Positions 15,601-27,335 are shown, numbered from the whole stretch's first letter. The stretch is DNA of 48,924 nt, filler included, from Bipalium vagum (GCA_037834085.1; 2 parts of 2 records of this genome joined end to end with filler, not necessarily neighbours in it), one strand, 5' to 3'. Notes: generated by a model not told the origin, from the letters alone. A program made the numbers and translations.

Positions 15601-18600
15601 ATACCACTTTTTTTCTTTAACCACCCTGTATATAAAGAAATTTTGGTTACTATAACATATTAAATAAGTAAATGAGATTTTTTAAAGGAACGCGGCTTAT
15701 TAGAGACTTTTAATGTAAAATAATAAGTTTGTAAGTATGTGGCTTATAACGGAAAAACAGGATATAACATAATTTCATATCTTTTCGATACTAAAAATAA
15801 TACAGTAATAATAGTGAGTACCAACCAGGGTGAGAATTTTTAAAAATTATGAGAAATTTTATTCCAAATAAAAGACCCCTGCGTAAATGTTGTTAATTCA
15901 GGAATTTTTCCGGTCTCTTTTTTGAAACTTTCAATATGGATAAAATTTCTTTTAGTTGTTGGCTGATATTTTATATTGATTTTATAATGATAATGAAATG
16001 ACAGACAAGTGCAAGATAATAATAATATTATTATTATTATTAAAATGACAAAACTGTTTGAAAACAGTCTATTTATTCATATATTAAAATTTTTAATATC
16101 CGAAAATCTGGAATTAAAAAGAGGCAAAATATTTTAATTCCCCTATTCCCAGATGTAAAATATTTGGAGAATTAAAATTGAACATTTAAAAGTCATTAAA
16201 ATTTTAACCAAATTTGAGCATTTATTTTATCTTTAATTACAATTATTATTTTTAAAAAATTAAATTATAATCTAAATTAAACAATCATAGACCATTAATT
16301 GTTGAACATTTTTATCAAATTATAATTCAAGTAAACATAAAAAAGTCAATATTTTCTGTGTATTCGGTTGGCTATAGAAATTTTGCGGTAAAATATTTAT
16401 TTTATTTGAGGTAAATATATTCAAAAAGAAAATTTTAAATCAGTAAAATTTTATCATAAATTATCATAATAACACGTCCCCCAGTGAAATGTTTTAGTAA
16501 AATAAAAAAGATAAAGATCAGTTTCAGTGTTCCTCACTCTTTTAATGACAGCGTGACAATCGACGTCTCGTGATTGGTCAGAATTTGGCTTGTTTTTCTC
16601 ATTCTCTTGACCAATATTAATAAATTGTAATAACGCCTCTTAATACGTTCAACAATAATTCCATTACCATAATCTTTTAAAAATTTTTCAACAGTCTCAG
16701 ATGCTTTTAAAATTAGCTTTCATTGAATGTGTAATAACAAATAGATTTTCTTGTTTACCAAATTATATTGACAATATATTTCGAAATACTCAACAGAAAT
16801 ATTCATTTAAACAAGAACAAAATCATTAAAATGATGACCAAATAAAATAAATTAATACAATATTTCAGAGCTTCCCCTTTGATGAGTTATTTCCATACAC
16901 AAAAAACTTTTAATTTTAACACCAAAAGTTAATATAAACATTTTAATAAAAAACAAATTTAAAATATTAAATAATGGAATAAAATCGCAACTTAAAAATC
17001 TCATTGTTAATTTTTTGCATTTTCCAATTTTTGAAAGAAATAAAATTATTGATTTAAAATTTTTTTATATAATTAGAAAAAATAAATATTAAAAATATTA
17101 TTAAAAAAATAATAATTTTAAATATTTTCAAATGAATATTATAAAAATATAAAATATTGATCAGATAATTTTAAGATTCATTGATTTTACCTTGTCAAAA
17201 AATTATGCTTGGAATTATTTTTCGTAACAAAAATAAAAAAATCAATAAAAAAAGATGAAAGGATAAGCAATTTTAATATTAATGTTTGATACTATTAGCG
17301 GTTCTATAACTAGGCTAGTAATTCTTCTGCATGATAATGCCCGACCACACGCCAAAGACATCAAAGAACCATCGAACCTCTTTAGGTTTGGATGTTTTCC
17401 CACATGCGGCTTACTCATCTGACATGCCGCCATCAGATTATTATTTATTCTTCAACATCATCTGGGTGATTTTCAGTTCAAAAAGATTGAAGATGTCAAA
17501 AAATTAATTACATTGAATCAAAATTGCCATCTTTTTTCAGGACAGTTATTCATCAATTACCTAAAAATTGATAATATGCATCGACAATAATGGAGATTAT
17601 TTCACAGAATAATTTGTAGTTGTGTTGTGGATTATATTTTTGATATTTAATATTATTAAAAATAGGCACCTTTTCAATTTGTAGACCTAATACCTTATTT
17701 GGACTTTTAAAATATTCGTAACTTTAACATCTCTTTCCAAAGATCAGTGAGCATGAAATATTGGTTAATTAAAACGAATCTGAATTTGACTAAATGGGGA
17801 AATATCAAGCTTGATATGGTATTTCCAGAAGGAATGATGTCAGGTTTCAGAATTTTAATTGAATCTCGTCAGGAAAATGTTAAAAATGGTGTTACCAAGG
17901 ACATTAACTTTATTAATATTTCTTAATTAGAACAAAGTATTTTTAGTAATGATAAAATTTTATCTGTAAAATTAGCCGCAGAAATGTTGAGAAGAAATGC
18001 GTTTTTTCAAACTTTAACCTATAAATAATTTTATTTAAAAAGTCTAAATATTATTATTTTTAAGTCTGAAATTAAAACTATACATTAAAACAAAAATCAT
18101 TTATCAATTTTAAAAGTTCTCAAATAATTATAATTCATCAATAATAAATGAGACGAAATATTTAGTGGATAAATATTTTCAAATAAACACAATAAAAAAT
18201 ATTTTATTATGACATACTTGTCATTGTATAATTTGTTTAAATTGTTGATTTTGTTAATTTCGTTCTGCTTTGATTATTTGAACGGGAGAAAAGTGTCAAT
18301 TAATAAAACAAGCAAAAATTTTAAATAATTATCAAAGATTTATCAAAACGATGCTGGTCACTTTGTGAATGATTGATGATAAAGTAAAAGCGTACATGTT
18401 CATGACCGCATCGATTATTTTCAAATTGCGATCTGATAAATGTCATCCTCCAGACTCGTATAACTTTCCACAAGCAAGCAAGAGATAAATTCCGTTCGGA
18501 CACGATTTTAATGTCAAATTACAATATTTTCACTTCAGGAAATTTTATTAAATATTAAATTCCTTTTAATTTTCCGAATGTCTATGCAAGACTTTCCATC

Positions 18601-21600
18601 TGATATATTAGTTCACCACAAAAAAAATTTTTTTCGGAAATAAAATTCTTTTATATAAACATTTTTTGTAAGTCAAATTTGTTTTAATTAAAACTAAAAT
18701 TGTGAAATTTCAATTTTCCGAAATTTATATTTTAAATATTCGTAGTAAATAATAAAAATAATAATAATATCTGAAGGGAAATAAAATTCAATTTACCAAG
18801 CTGAACAGAGCCATAAATCGAATGATGTCCGACACCATTCGAGCTAGCGATATCTGAAGAGGTCCCAACACTTCCCAAGCGGGCATGAGATAAGTGACTC
18901 TTGAAAAGGACATGACATTTGCAATGGCAAAAAGGCAGTCAGATACGAATTCAGGATCGTACGGAGACCACCACAATCGACCTTTGATATCAGAATTATT
19001 TATATTTTATGCAAAAATGCGAAAACACGAATATTATTTATGATATATTTTTGAGTGAAAAATTATGCTTAACTGTTTTATTATCTAGGCAATTTTGTAT
19101 CCACTAAACGGTGTTTACTATTTTTATTATTTTATGATTACTTTATTATAATAATGATAATTATTATTAAATAATAATTAATTATAATAATAATTGTAAA
19201 ATATATAACTATATAATAATGTGGAATTTATAATTTATAAATATTATATTGTGAAATAGGTTCTACATTATTTTCAAATATTAAATCCAAATGCGAATTT
19301 TATTTAAAAAATTATTAATCATAAATCGATTAAATGATATCGGATTTGTTTGGTTATAATTTAATTGTATAACAAATTTTTTTATAATATTCGTAATTTC
19401 CGAATGAATGAAACCAATCAAACTGAAGATATTAACCAACATTTTAGATTAGGCTTTTTTTATTTTGGAAAAAGGTAAATGCAGCAGAAGTCCGTCGTGA
19501 AATATTCAGTGTATACGATGATTCTGTCATAAACTCGTTTACTGTCAGAGATGGTTTGGGCGTTTTCGTTCTGCTGATTTTAATCTGCAGGATAGTCCAC
19601 GAAAGATTGAGTCTGTCACTACTGATGACGATGAAATCTTGGCCGAATCAAAACAGACCGATATATCTCAACTCAAGAAATAACGCAGGGTATTGAACAT
19701 TCCACAGTTGTGAAGCGCCTTAAGACGGAAGGATAGAAAAATAGATATTTGAGTTCTTCATGAATTTCTCAAAAAGAACATTTTCAATCCGATTACGGCT
19801 TATATGTTTCTCTTAAAAATGAATACATTAGCCTACCGGGTGTTCAAGTTAAAAGTTCATAAATAAAAGCGTAATATTTTTTATGCTGTAAAGTTTTATT
19901 GAAATAAATTTATTTGATCGAATAACCTTTATTGCGGATTTAGTAAATCCTGCTTTATATATAAACTTATGTTGTTTAAATGCATAAATAATGACAATAA
20001 ATAAATGTACTTGTTTAAAATTATATTTTATTTTTAGATATGCCTTACATATTATCAAAATCGGATAAAATTAGGCTGGTAGAGCTATTTTTTAAAACTG
20101 AGAGTTTCGCTGAAACTCAGAGAAAATTTTCAACCGAAAAAATATAAAACGAAAGAGTGACAAGCCTTCAGTACAGCAAATAAGAAAAATTATTTTTAAA
20201 TTTCAGCAAACTGGTTACATTAATAAAGATCACAATGTGCGATCTCCTAGAGCTTTAGAAGAGAAAAGAAAGGATATTGATACTGTTTTACACCAGATGA
20301 AAGCAGAGAGAACATCTACAAACATAAGGAAGCTGAGTTCTGCTTCAGGTTCCTCTATTGGATTAGTTCACACGTATCTCAGGCGTGAATTGAAATTATT
20401 TCCCTATAAAGTCACAATTGGGCAGTCTTTCTCAGACAAACACAAGGCAAATCGTTATGCCTTTTGCAAATGGATGCTGTCAAATATATCCAAGGATCAT
20501 ACATTTTTATCCCGAATTGCTCATTCAATCTCAATGGATGGGTGAACAGACAAAATCTTCGATTTTGTGGGACTCCAAAGCCCAATAATGTGGTTGAATA
20601 CTCAACATTCTCTGCAAAGGTCAACGTATTCATTGCGATGTTGTCTTCCTTTCTTATTGGACCATATTTCTTTGAGGATAATGACAATAGTCAGACTATA
20701 AGTTCGGAACGATATTTGGATATGCTTATTCACTATCTTATCCCGAGTCTCAAATCAATGCCGAGATTTAACCGCTTAATTTTCCAACAAGATGGTGCTG
20801 CTCCCCATATTGCCAAACAAGCAAGAGTATTCTTGGAAAACACTTTCGGTTCTGGAAAAATAATTTCAAGAGGATTTCCTAACGAATGGCCTACCCAAAG
20901 CCCTGATCTAACACCCTGGATTTCTCGTTATGGTCATTCTTGAAAGAAAAAGTTTATCCAGGCGGCAATCACCCAAATAGTCGTGAAATACTGAAGGAAC
21001 GTATCATAAAAACTGTACAGATTGTGACAGAAATTAACCTTCAAGAAGCCGTGGAAAGTGTCACTCATAGGCTGGAAGCATGCTTAGAAAATGAGGGTGG
21101 GCACTTCGAATAAAATTATGATTTATGTACATATCATATTTGTAACTATTTTGATAAAATACAACATATTTGGTAATTCAACTTAGTTAAAAAAATAAAT
21201 CCGCATTTTTTATCTTTATGAAAATGTAAGATTTTCATGAATTCAATAACTGTAAGAAGTTTGAACAATCTTTTATTTATGAACTTTTAACTTGAACACC
21301 CGGTATCTCTAATTCGAGTGATACCTGCAGACAAAAAATATGTTGTTTATAAAAACATTAAGCGCTGGCAGTCATGGTGCGGTCCAATTGAATCATCGCA
21401 AAAAACTGCAAAACCAGAGTAGTATCCCAAGAAGATGTTGTTATGCATTTATTGTGATTAGAAGATGATTATTTATCACGAACTGCTTCCAAGTGATCAA
21501 ACTATTGATACAGAGAAATGTCGTGATCAGCTAGAAAAATTGAAGGAAACAACCGAAATTAGTTTACAGAATTACTTTGATCTTTCACCAGGACAACTCT

Positions 21601-24600
21601 AAAGCACGCCACCACTTTGAAAACTAAAAGACTTCGGATTGGAAGAAATAGATCTCACCTCGTACTTTCCTTAGGATTTCTATCTTTTCTAATAGCGTCG
21701 AAATAATCTTGAGATACAACAACTTTATTCAATTGAGTATGTCAAACAATGTTTGGCAACTCCTGCTGAAAACCCTTAAAGTTTTTATGAACTTGCAACA
21801 AATATCGAAAAAGTTAATAGAAAAAAATGGTCAATATCTTTTTCAATAAAATAAAGATTTATATATTAGAACTTTGTTTTTTAATTTTTATGAAAATAAT
21901 GCATAATCTATTCCACAATCCAATAATATTGATTCTCAGGATTTGATGGCCAAGAACTGTTTGAATATTCCAATTTTTAAGTAGAAAATATAAATAATTT
22001 ATTTATTATTATTAATTTTTAACTCCTATTATTTTTAAAAATATTTCATTTACAAAAATCGCAAGTCCGTTTTATATTGAAAGAAACATCGTTGACTTTT
22101 TTGAAAGGGATAAACATTATTTTTTTATTATTTATATTTGATTGATTTAATACTTTCAAAATATTTATATTAAAATTCCTGTGATCGAACACAAGACGAG
22201 GAGTGATGATGATCCAATTGAACAATATTATCTACCAAAAATGCCATTCATGATTGTTTAACTCTATTTATTTATCAAATACTTACACCCTCTCAGCCAA
22301 TATGTACTCTCGGAATTCAAGAGATTGTTTCGATATTCAAAGTATTCGTTGAACTGGCTTGCGTTGAATATCATTTGCTTGGCTATTTTCAGCTGCGCTG
22401 AGAACATAGCGTCTGCTGCGTTAATTTTATAATCCACAATGCACCGCAATGCGTAAGACGCCAAATAAAGCCCCAGAGAAAATGTGTCCATAATGTTATA
22501 AAAGCTTTGTGAGTATCTTTTGAGCCCATGAGTAAACACTTGCCAACACTCCATTATTATTTGCCCTTAATGAAATAGTGTCATGCGGTATTATAATGAT
22601 ACATGAAAGTATACTTGATAAATTAATATAATTACGTATTACAAAAGAGAAACTTAATCCATTTTTATTGACGACAAAATAGTTGAAAGTTTCCATGACT
22701 TTCTAAGACGCCTGTGATCAGAAATTCCTTGTTGAATTCATTATGATAATGGTAAATTAAGAATGCAAATAAAGATAATAATAATAATATTATTATTATT
22801 TGAAAAATATTTTTTTATATAAAACTAACAACCAAAAATTTTTGAAAATTTATTCCAATACAAATGAAAACCGAAAATGTAATTCTAGATTTAACGAGCG
22901 AATAGGATAGAATTCTGTTGGCGAGGGTCTGACGGCTAAGGAGGATAACGGTTTTGCGTTATCGTGGAGAAAAATGACTTTGGATCCTATATGCTCCCTT
23001 TTCTCTTCCATAAGGTAACTTACTCCACTCGACCATATTCGTTTCATTATAGATAACGGAAACCTTTCTGCATGTTATCTATTCATCCGATGATATTACA
23101 AATTTCTGTACTATTGACGCTGATCTCTTTCACGAGTGCAAGCAATTGGACATCATCGAAATTTGATGATCGGTGTGTATATTGAGTGTCTTGAAGGTGG
23201 AATGTGACGTTTTCGAATTTTTCGTACCAATATTTTGCAGCAGTCAAGACCAAAACATGTTTTCCTTAAGCATTAAAAATTTCTTGGACTCCTTCTGCAA
23301 CTTTCTGACCTCTATTAAAATGAAATAGCAATAGGGAAAGGAAACGGTGTTTTTGATCAACTTGGCACTCGATTTCAAACCTACAGATTTTAATGAAATG
23401 AAGAAATTAAAAGCTTTATTGTAAATCTGTGTTTGTGCAAATTAAATGTTTTCTTAATCAATTGCTCATGTTATTATTATTATTATTTATATTGTTTTTT
23501 TTTCTCTTATGTATAATTTTCAGCTCAATTATTTGTTCCTTTAATATTGTATTGATAATTTTGTATTGATACAAAGCAGTCACTGATATTAATTGTTTAA
23601 TTAAGCATTTCATGTCTCTTCTTAAGAATTCAGAGAATTTCAATTATTAAGCATATATTTATCAATAATTTCCATGAAACTTTTTGGTACTTTCAGATTG
23701 GATAGATTTTGAAAATTAAACTTCTCGTCTTTGGATTATCTTATTTGGAAATAGGTTATCAGATCTACCTTTACGAAGTCCATAACCTCCCCAAACCCAA
23801 CCGTTTCTCAGTCAGCAGTGTTAAATTTTGCCCAATTGGAGATTTATGGCTGAAGGATATATTTTATTGCTTATACAAAAAGAAAAAATCTGTATTTTTT
23901 TAGAAAGCCAAATTGGTGATTTCGTCTTTTGGCTGGCTGTCTTATAATATAAATGGCTCTAGGGCGTGTTAGGGATTTTCCTCTAAGTTCCTTAGTTTAT
24001 TTTAATTTTTTGTCTAATTTGTTCAAATTGCTTAATTGGAAAGCATTATTCCATTGTGTTTTATTTATTTATCTGTACTTTTTAAAAAGAATTATTATTT
24101 TTAATTAAAATTAAATATTTTTTTAATAATTTAAGTTTTTAAAATTAAATTTACAAAGGTGTTTGTTTTGGTTTATTATTTATATAGTTAGATTACGTCT
24201 ATATAGTTAAGTTAAATCTGCTGATTAAATATCATCTTTATTGAAAACTTTTACTTTAATGATTTTTTTACTCTTTATGGTTTTTTTGCTTTATATGATT
24301 GACCAGATCATATTTATATATTTTTGTTTTCAATATTTATGTATTTTATCATAAGAGGATAACGAAATGGTTTAGGTTTGGAATAATGTTTGGAATAAAC
24401 GAAACCTTTTTGAAAGTAAGTTTTTCAAGTAAATGAATATTACCTCTTACTATTACTATTCTATACTATTATACTATTACTGTCATTAATTTATAATTGG
24501 TGAAAAAGTCAACACTGCAGTTCGCCGAAAATGTAAAATATATTCGACATCTGACTGCAAATTTTTGACAAAGTAAAATTTATTTATTAAAATGTAATAT

Positions 24601-27108
24601 TTTTCTACAAATTGATCATTAAAGTTAATACACTTGTGTACGCGAAAACATCTTGACACATTTCTGATGATATTCCAGCTGTCTCCATTTGAATAATATC
24701 TTGTATTTCTTGCATATCTTTTGCTTTTCTTCTCCACATATATTTAGGTGTTTTTGATTGGGAGTTTCCTTTTGTTCATTCTTTATTTATTATTTATGAA
24801 TAAATATATTTCAAAAGGGGTCCAAATTTTTCTTTTAAAGATAATGAGTAAATTTTAAAAGATAATATAACAATTAAAATAATAAAATTATTCATATTCA
24901 AATTCATAATAATAATTTTATTATTATATAATAATATTAATAATTATAATTATAATAATAGTTAGGTAGGTAGGTAGATATTAATTGTTATCATGATGCG
25001 AACAACTTAAAATATGCTATTGTAATAATTCCTGAACACAATTGATGAGAAATGTTCATTACATAATTTACATATGAATATTCTGAATTCCTCTATCAAA
25101 TAATAGAGAAATAGAGACATATATCTCACATAAAATACAGTGGGACTGCCGGATATCATATAAATGAAAGTATTTCTTTATTCATTATTATCCATTGTTT
25201 AACAAGTTTTTTATTAATGGAGAAATATGGTTCAATAATTAGGACTTGCATTGAAGACTAATTGGAGTTGAACCTTAAGAAGGAGGACATCTTCCTCCAT
25301 TGGCTTAAAATTATATTTTGGTAAACCTTGCGATTCAATGGTGGACCATTTACTGAACCATTTAGACAGCTTATAAAAAGAATATTTTATAACGTTTAAT
25401 GCTTTCAAATGTTAGACAAATGTTTGGAAGGTGGAATACGAAGATTAAACTTGGAAGATAATGAAATATTTTTGGAATATAATATAAATATGTAATATAA
25501 AAAATGTTGCAATGTAAGGAAGAGTAATAAATTTTTAAAGTGCGTCTGTTACGTCGGAAACATTCAGAAATGTATTTTGAATGTGAACTATATCATTAAG
25601 CCATTGAGAGCCCTCAAAATATGAGAACATCTGTCACAGGAAATATTATAATAAGAGCTCGAGTTTTGGGCCTAATGGCCTTTCCTGGCATTTCTTTCCA
25701 AAATATTCTTTTATTAACAATGTTACAAATATTTTTAAACTTTTCTTGGCTTATGTTCTATTTAAATATGGAATATATTTTACCACAAAAAAATAAGATA
25801 TAATATTTTTTATTATTTTGTTTTTATTATTAATTTTAATATATATTTATATATATTATTATTATATAATATTTTATTATCATTCTATAATTATGATTTA
25901 TATTTCATAATTTTTATATGTAATTTTATATTTTATTTATATGTTTTAATTAATATTGTAAAGGATTTAATTTTATTTTAATATTAAATAATAAAAAAAT
26001 AATTTATAAATATTTTTAAAATAAATTCTGTAATAATTGTAATAAATTTAAAGGTTTGTTTTAAAAATTAAATAATAATTAAATTAATGTTAATAAAGAT
26101 TTTATTTAATTAGTTCGTTTAAGTAAATAATAACAAATATTATTTAAATTAAAAAATTATCGCAATTTTTTTAATATTTAAATTTATTACGTTTTTTTTC
26201 ATTGGTAACTAAAAAATATATGTTCAAATAATTTTTAAAATGAAAAAAATTTATTGATATATTATCACGCACCCTAACATTAAATTTATATAATTTTTTA
26301 TTTTCTTTATCAATATAAATTTTGTATAACTTTTTCACTATCAATTATTATTAATATTCGAACTAATATGACATCACTTTCTTAACAATAGAATATCGTT
26401 GTTTTAATTTATTGCTTTAATATAATTATATTTTTGTAGAGACATTATTAATGAGAGAAATTTCTTAAGATTGCAAAAAATATTTTACATACGTAATTCA
26501 ATTTCATTTGTGTTTATTTATTATTATTTATAATAATTAAAATAATAAAAATAATTTTCTCAAAAAATTTACTCTTGCTAAAAAATATTTTAAAAATTTT
26601 AAAAACGGGAGACTAAAAATAAAAATAAACAATAATTACTTTTATTAATTATTATTAAAATGATAATGAAAATAATAAAATAAATAAATAATAAATATAA
26701 AATAAATAAATCATAAAATTTATTTAAAATAAAATAAAAAAAATATTATTATTCATAAAATTGGATTCTAAATATTGTTTTCTTTTGTTCTTTTAAACGT
26801 TCGTGCCCGAATTTTATGAAAAATGTAAAACTTCAAAATTGATTTACATATTTGGAAGAACCCCGAAAAATTTAATTACCAAATATCCAGAATATTAGCG
26901 TTATTTGGATTGGCGAGATGACTCTGGTATTTGATCGGAAGTCATAATTATAAACCGTCTTAGCCTTCTCTTCGCGAGTCTCAGACTCCGACGTGAGAAG
27001 TTCCATGTCCAGTCGAAAGGTGGCCACTGTGATCATGAATAGAAACATGAAATATGAAAACATCTGTCCAATGAATTTAATGACGGGACATTGTAAAAAT
27101 AACGCAAC
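516..27108 (-). CDS. TRPC: TRPC-family (canonical transient receptor potential) cation channel, TRPC3/6/7-like; partial multi-exon gene: complement(join(516..689,5580..5823,12297..12427,18797..18981,22287..22565,26880..27108))
   Basis: Six exons splice in frame with GT-AG ends and compatible phases. They give S1 (PVIKFIGQMFSYFMFL), S3 (YNIMD), S4 and S4-S5 linker (LFAIANVMSFSR...LGPLQISL), S5 (GMTNLYWYF), pore helix (TLYWTLFG), S6 (LLNMLIAMM), TRP box EWKFAR and LPVPFN. N-terminal ankyrin exons and the last exon(s) are not in the window. Confidence 0.95.
1280..1960 (-). mobile_element. Degenerate mariner transposase relic (boundaries approximate)
   Basis: Minus-strand fragments MFENVKFCNVICYLVIKG..KEIINQLQELY, LCSKFV*RFLT, KRQSKEW and WDRSGILLI; resembles the element at 38230-39347. 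Confidence 0.7.
3049..3240 (+). mobile_element. mariner transposase 5' fragment
   Basis: With frameshifts reads MVDNTVYLRQYIRY..Q*KNAA..KSICSVLYEGVLSHSTWKYCFRRFTDG, resembling the mariner N-terminal HTH. Confidence 0.55.
4046..5305 (+). mobile_element. Full-length degenerate mariner element (DD34D type)
   Basis: TIRs TTAGG(G)GTATGCATAA at both ends with TA flanks, ~1.26 kb. Relic motifs MEVDKKHI.HCMLF, K*VLHDL (WVPHEL), TGYEKW, CIWWD, LHHNSRLH and PHSAYS. Confidence 0.9.
5580..5823 (-). CDS. TRPC: TRPC exon: pore helix, pore loop and S6 (not in ORF track)
   Basis: Acceptor ttctttag|C ACC (phase 2), donor CAA|gtaata; encodes TGSTFYTLYWTLFGQ...VGSFLYGTYCAIVIIILLNMLIAMMSKSFDEIQ. Confidence 0.95.
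6261..6898 (+). mobile_element. pogo/Tigger-like internally deleted element
   Basis: TA-CAGTG...CACTG-TA ends; internal frame LEKSLVEWISRMDSINGYSTNEIILARARQLG resembles the CENP-B-type HTH of pogo transposases. Confidence 0.55.
8723..9612 (+). mobile_element. Tc1/Tc3-like element, internally deleted
   Basis: TIRs TACTAGTGAGC(T/A)AAATTTTT with TA flanks; relic SRFTVARYLK...W..IFSDEKWFSLDEPD (Tc3-like FSDEKKFNLDGPD); C-terminal catalytic part missing. Confidence 0.85.
10080..11270 (-). mobile_element. Highly degenerate mariner relic (boundaries approximate)
   Basis: Minus strand VDESRKGRPTTAVNEKHVTKIKEITVVDCRLTI (Himar-like linker and HTH2) and CDYARTH (HDNAxxH); weakly inverted ends. Confidence 0.65.
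11314..11625. mobile_element. Non-autonomous MITE, Merlin-like, 8-bp TSD
   Basis: About 50-bp TIRs (G/T)GTAATCATGA(A/G)CAATCTG(A/G)CTTGACCTACT(T/A)TCAATGAAATGACC; perfect direct repeat GGTATTGG at 11306-11313 and 11626-11633; AT-rich non-coding interior. Confidence 0.85.
12297..12427 (-). CDS. TRPC: TRPC exon: S5 and turret (not in ORF track)
   Basis: Acceptor atatttag|ATT, donor CAA AG|gttttt; encodes IVVAFVVGMTNLYWYFAKIIINTNQSYTQEFSLTLDSAIPAFQ; phases fit both neighbouring exons. Confidence 0.92.
14104..15016 (+). mobile_element. maT-like (DD37D family) transposon, 5' part
   Basis: TA-CTGGGTG end; frameshifted transposase from 14220 with WFFSDE..FTQDQKVNRRNDRW, TKFPSSLMILGVVSNEG and YVFQQD; truncated after the second Asp, so the DD spacing cannot be counted. 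Confidence 0.85.
15017..15628 (-). mobile_element. DD41D (rosa/Visitor)-type transposon, deleted 5' part
   Basis: TA-CAGGGTGG end at 15628; relic DPDRRLQF, W.DE..F, PGVTVWGGITSSEIIGPIFFEGTVTG and YFQQGGTPP. Confidence 0.8.
17310..17690 (+). mobile_element. mariner 3' fragment
   Basis: ILLHDNARPH and FPHAAYSSDMPPSDYYLF; right TIR ending GACCTAA-TA. Confidence 0.85.
18797..18981 (-). CDS. TRPC: TRPC exon: S4, S4-S5 linker and start of S5
   Basis: Acceptor atcaaag|GT CGA (phase 1), donor TTG|gtaaat; encodes RLWWSPYDPEFVSDCLFAIANVMSFSRVTYLMPAWEVLGPLQISLARMVSDIIRFMALFSL. Confidence 0.95.
19340..21923 (+). mobile_element. Degenerate mariner element interrupted by a nested DD41D-type element
   Basis: 5' half has NAAEVRREIFSVY, WFGRFRSADFNLQDSPR and *VLHE; 3' half resumes after 21305 with RVIPADKKYVVYKN, KKMLLCI and FHQDN; right TIR ends AATCCAA-TA. 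Confidence 0.82.
19836..21303 (+). mobile_element. Near-complete DD41D-family transposon (D42D spacing), nested; transposase pseudogene at about 20040-21113
   Basis: Perfect 34-bp TIRs CCGGGTGTTCAAGTTAAAAGTTCATAAATAAAAG with TA TSD; MPYILSKSDKIRLVELF..., VNRQNLRF, IGPYFF, FQQDGAAPH, WPTQSPDLTP.DF and GGHFE*. Confidence 0.95.
22287..22565 (-). CDS. TRPC: TRPC exon: S2, S3 and extended S3-S4 loop
   Basis: Acceptor ttcattaag|GG CAA (phase 1), donor GGG T|gtaagt; encodes QIIMECWQVFTHGLKRYSQSFYNIMDTFSLGLYLASYALR...YWLRG. Confidence 0.93.
22860..23390 (-). mobile_element. Internally deleted mariner relic
   Basis: Minus strand LLFHFNRGQKVAE..EIFNA, KYWYEKF and VIFLHDNAKP. Confidence 0.75.
26880..27108 (-). 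CDS. TRPC: TRPC exon: pre-S1, S1 and start of S2
   Basis: Acceptor ttaaacag|GTT, donor TTT G|gtaatt; encodes VALFLQCPVIKFIGQMFSYFMFLFMITVATF...ITLIFWIFG. Confidence 0.92.
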
Positions 27109-27199
27109 CTGTTTAATAAATATAATTGGCATTTTTTATGAAAGATATAAACACATAATAAAAATATTATTATAATAAAAAAATAGTAATAATTATGAT

Positions 27200-27299
27200 N
27201 NNNNNNNNNNNNNNNNNNNNNNNNNNNNNNNNNNNNNNNNNNNTTAATTAATTAANNNNNNNNNNNNNNNNNNNNNNNNNNNNNNNNNNNNNNNNNNNN
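27200..27299. other. Artificial assembly spacer (44 N + TTAATTAATTAA + 44 N)
   Basis: Exactly 100 nt and symmetric; the central 12-mer (27244-27255) puts TAA in all six frames. Confidence 0.95.
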
Positions 27300-27335
27300 T
27301 TATTAATAAATGTTATTATCGGATTTTTTCTGTTT

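Noticed and set aside
18842-18868. TRPC gain-of-function at the gating glycine equivalent to TRPC4 G503
   Set aside because: By my alignment that glycine is the one in LGP, which is intact; the Ala change is at the later Gly.
20237-20943. Active or domesticated transposase
   Set aside because: Multiple frameshifts and a missing first catalytic Asp; no intact transposase or pol ORF exists in the window.
27244-27255. TTAATTAATTAA as a biological motif (e.g. piggyBac TTAA sites)
   Set aside because: Centred exactly within the N run; a synthetic six-frame stop linker.
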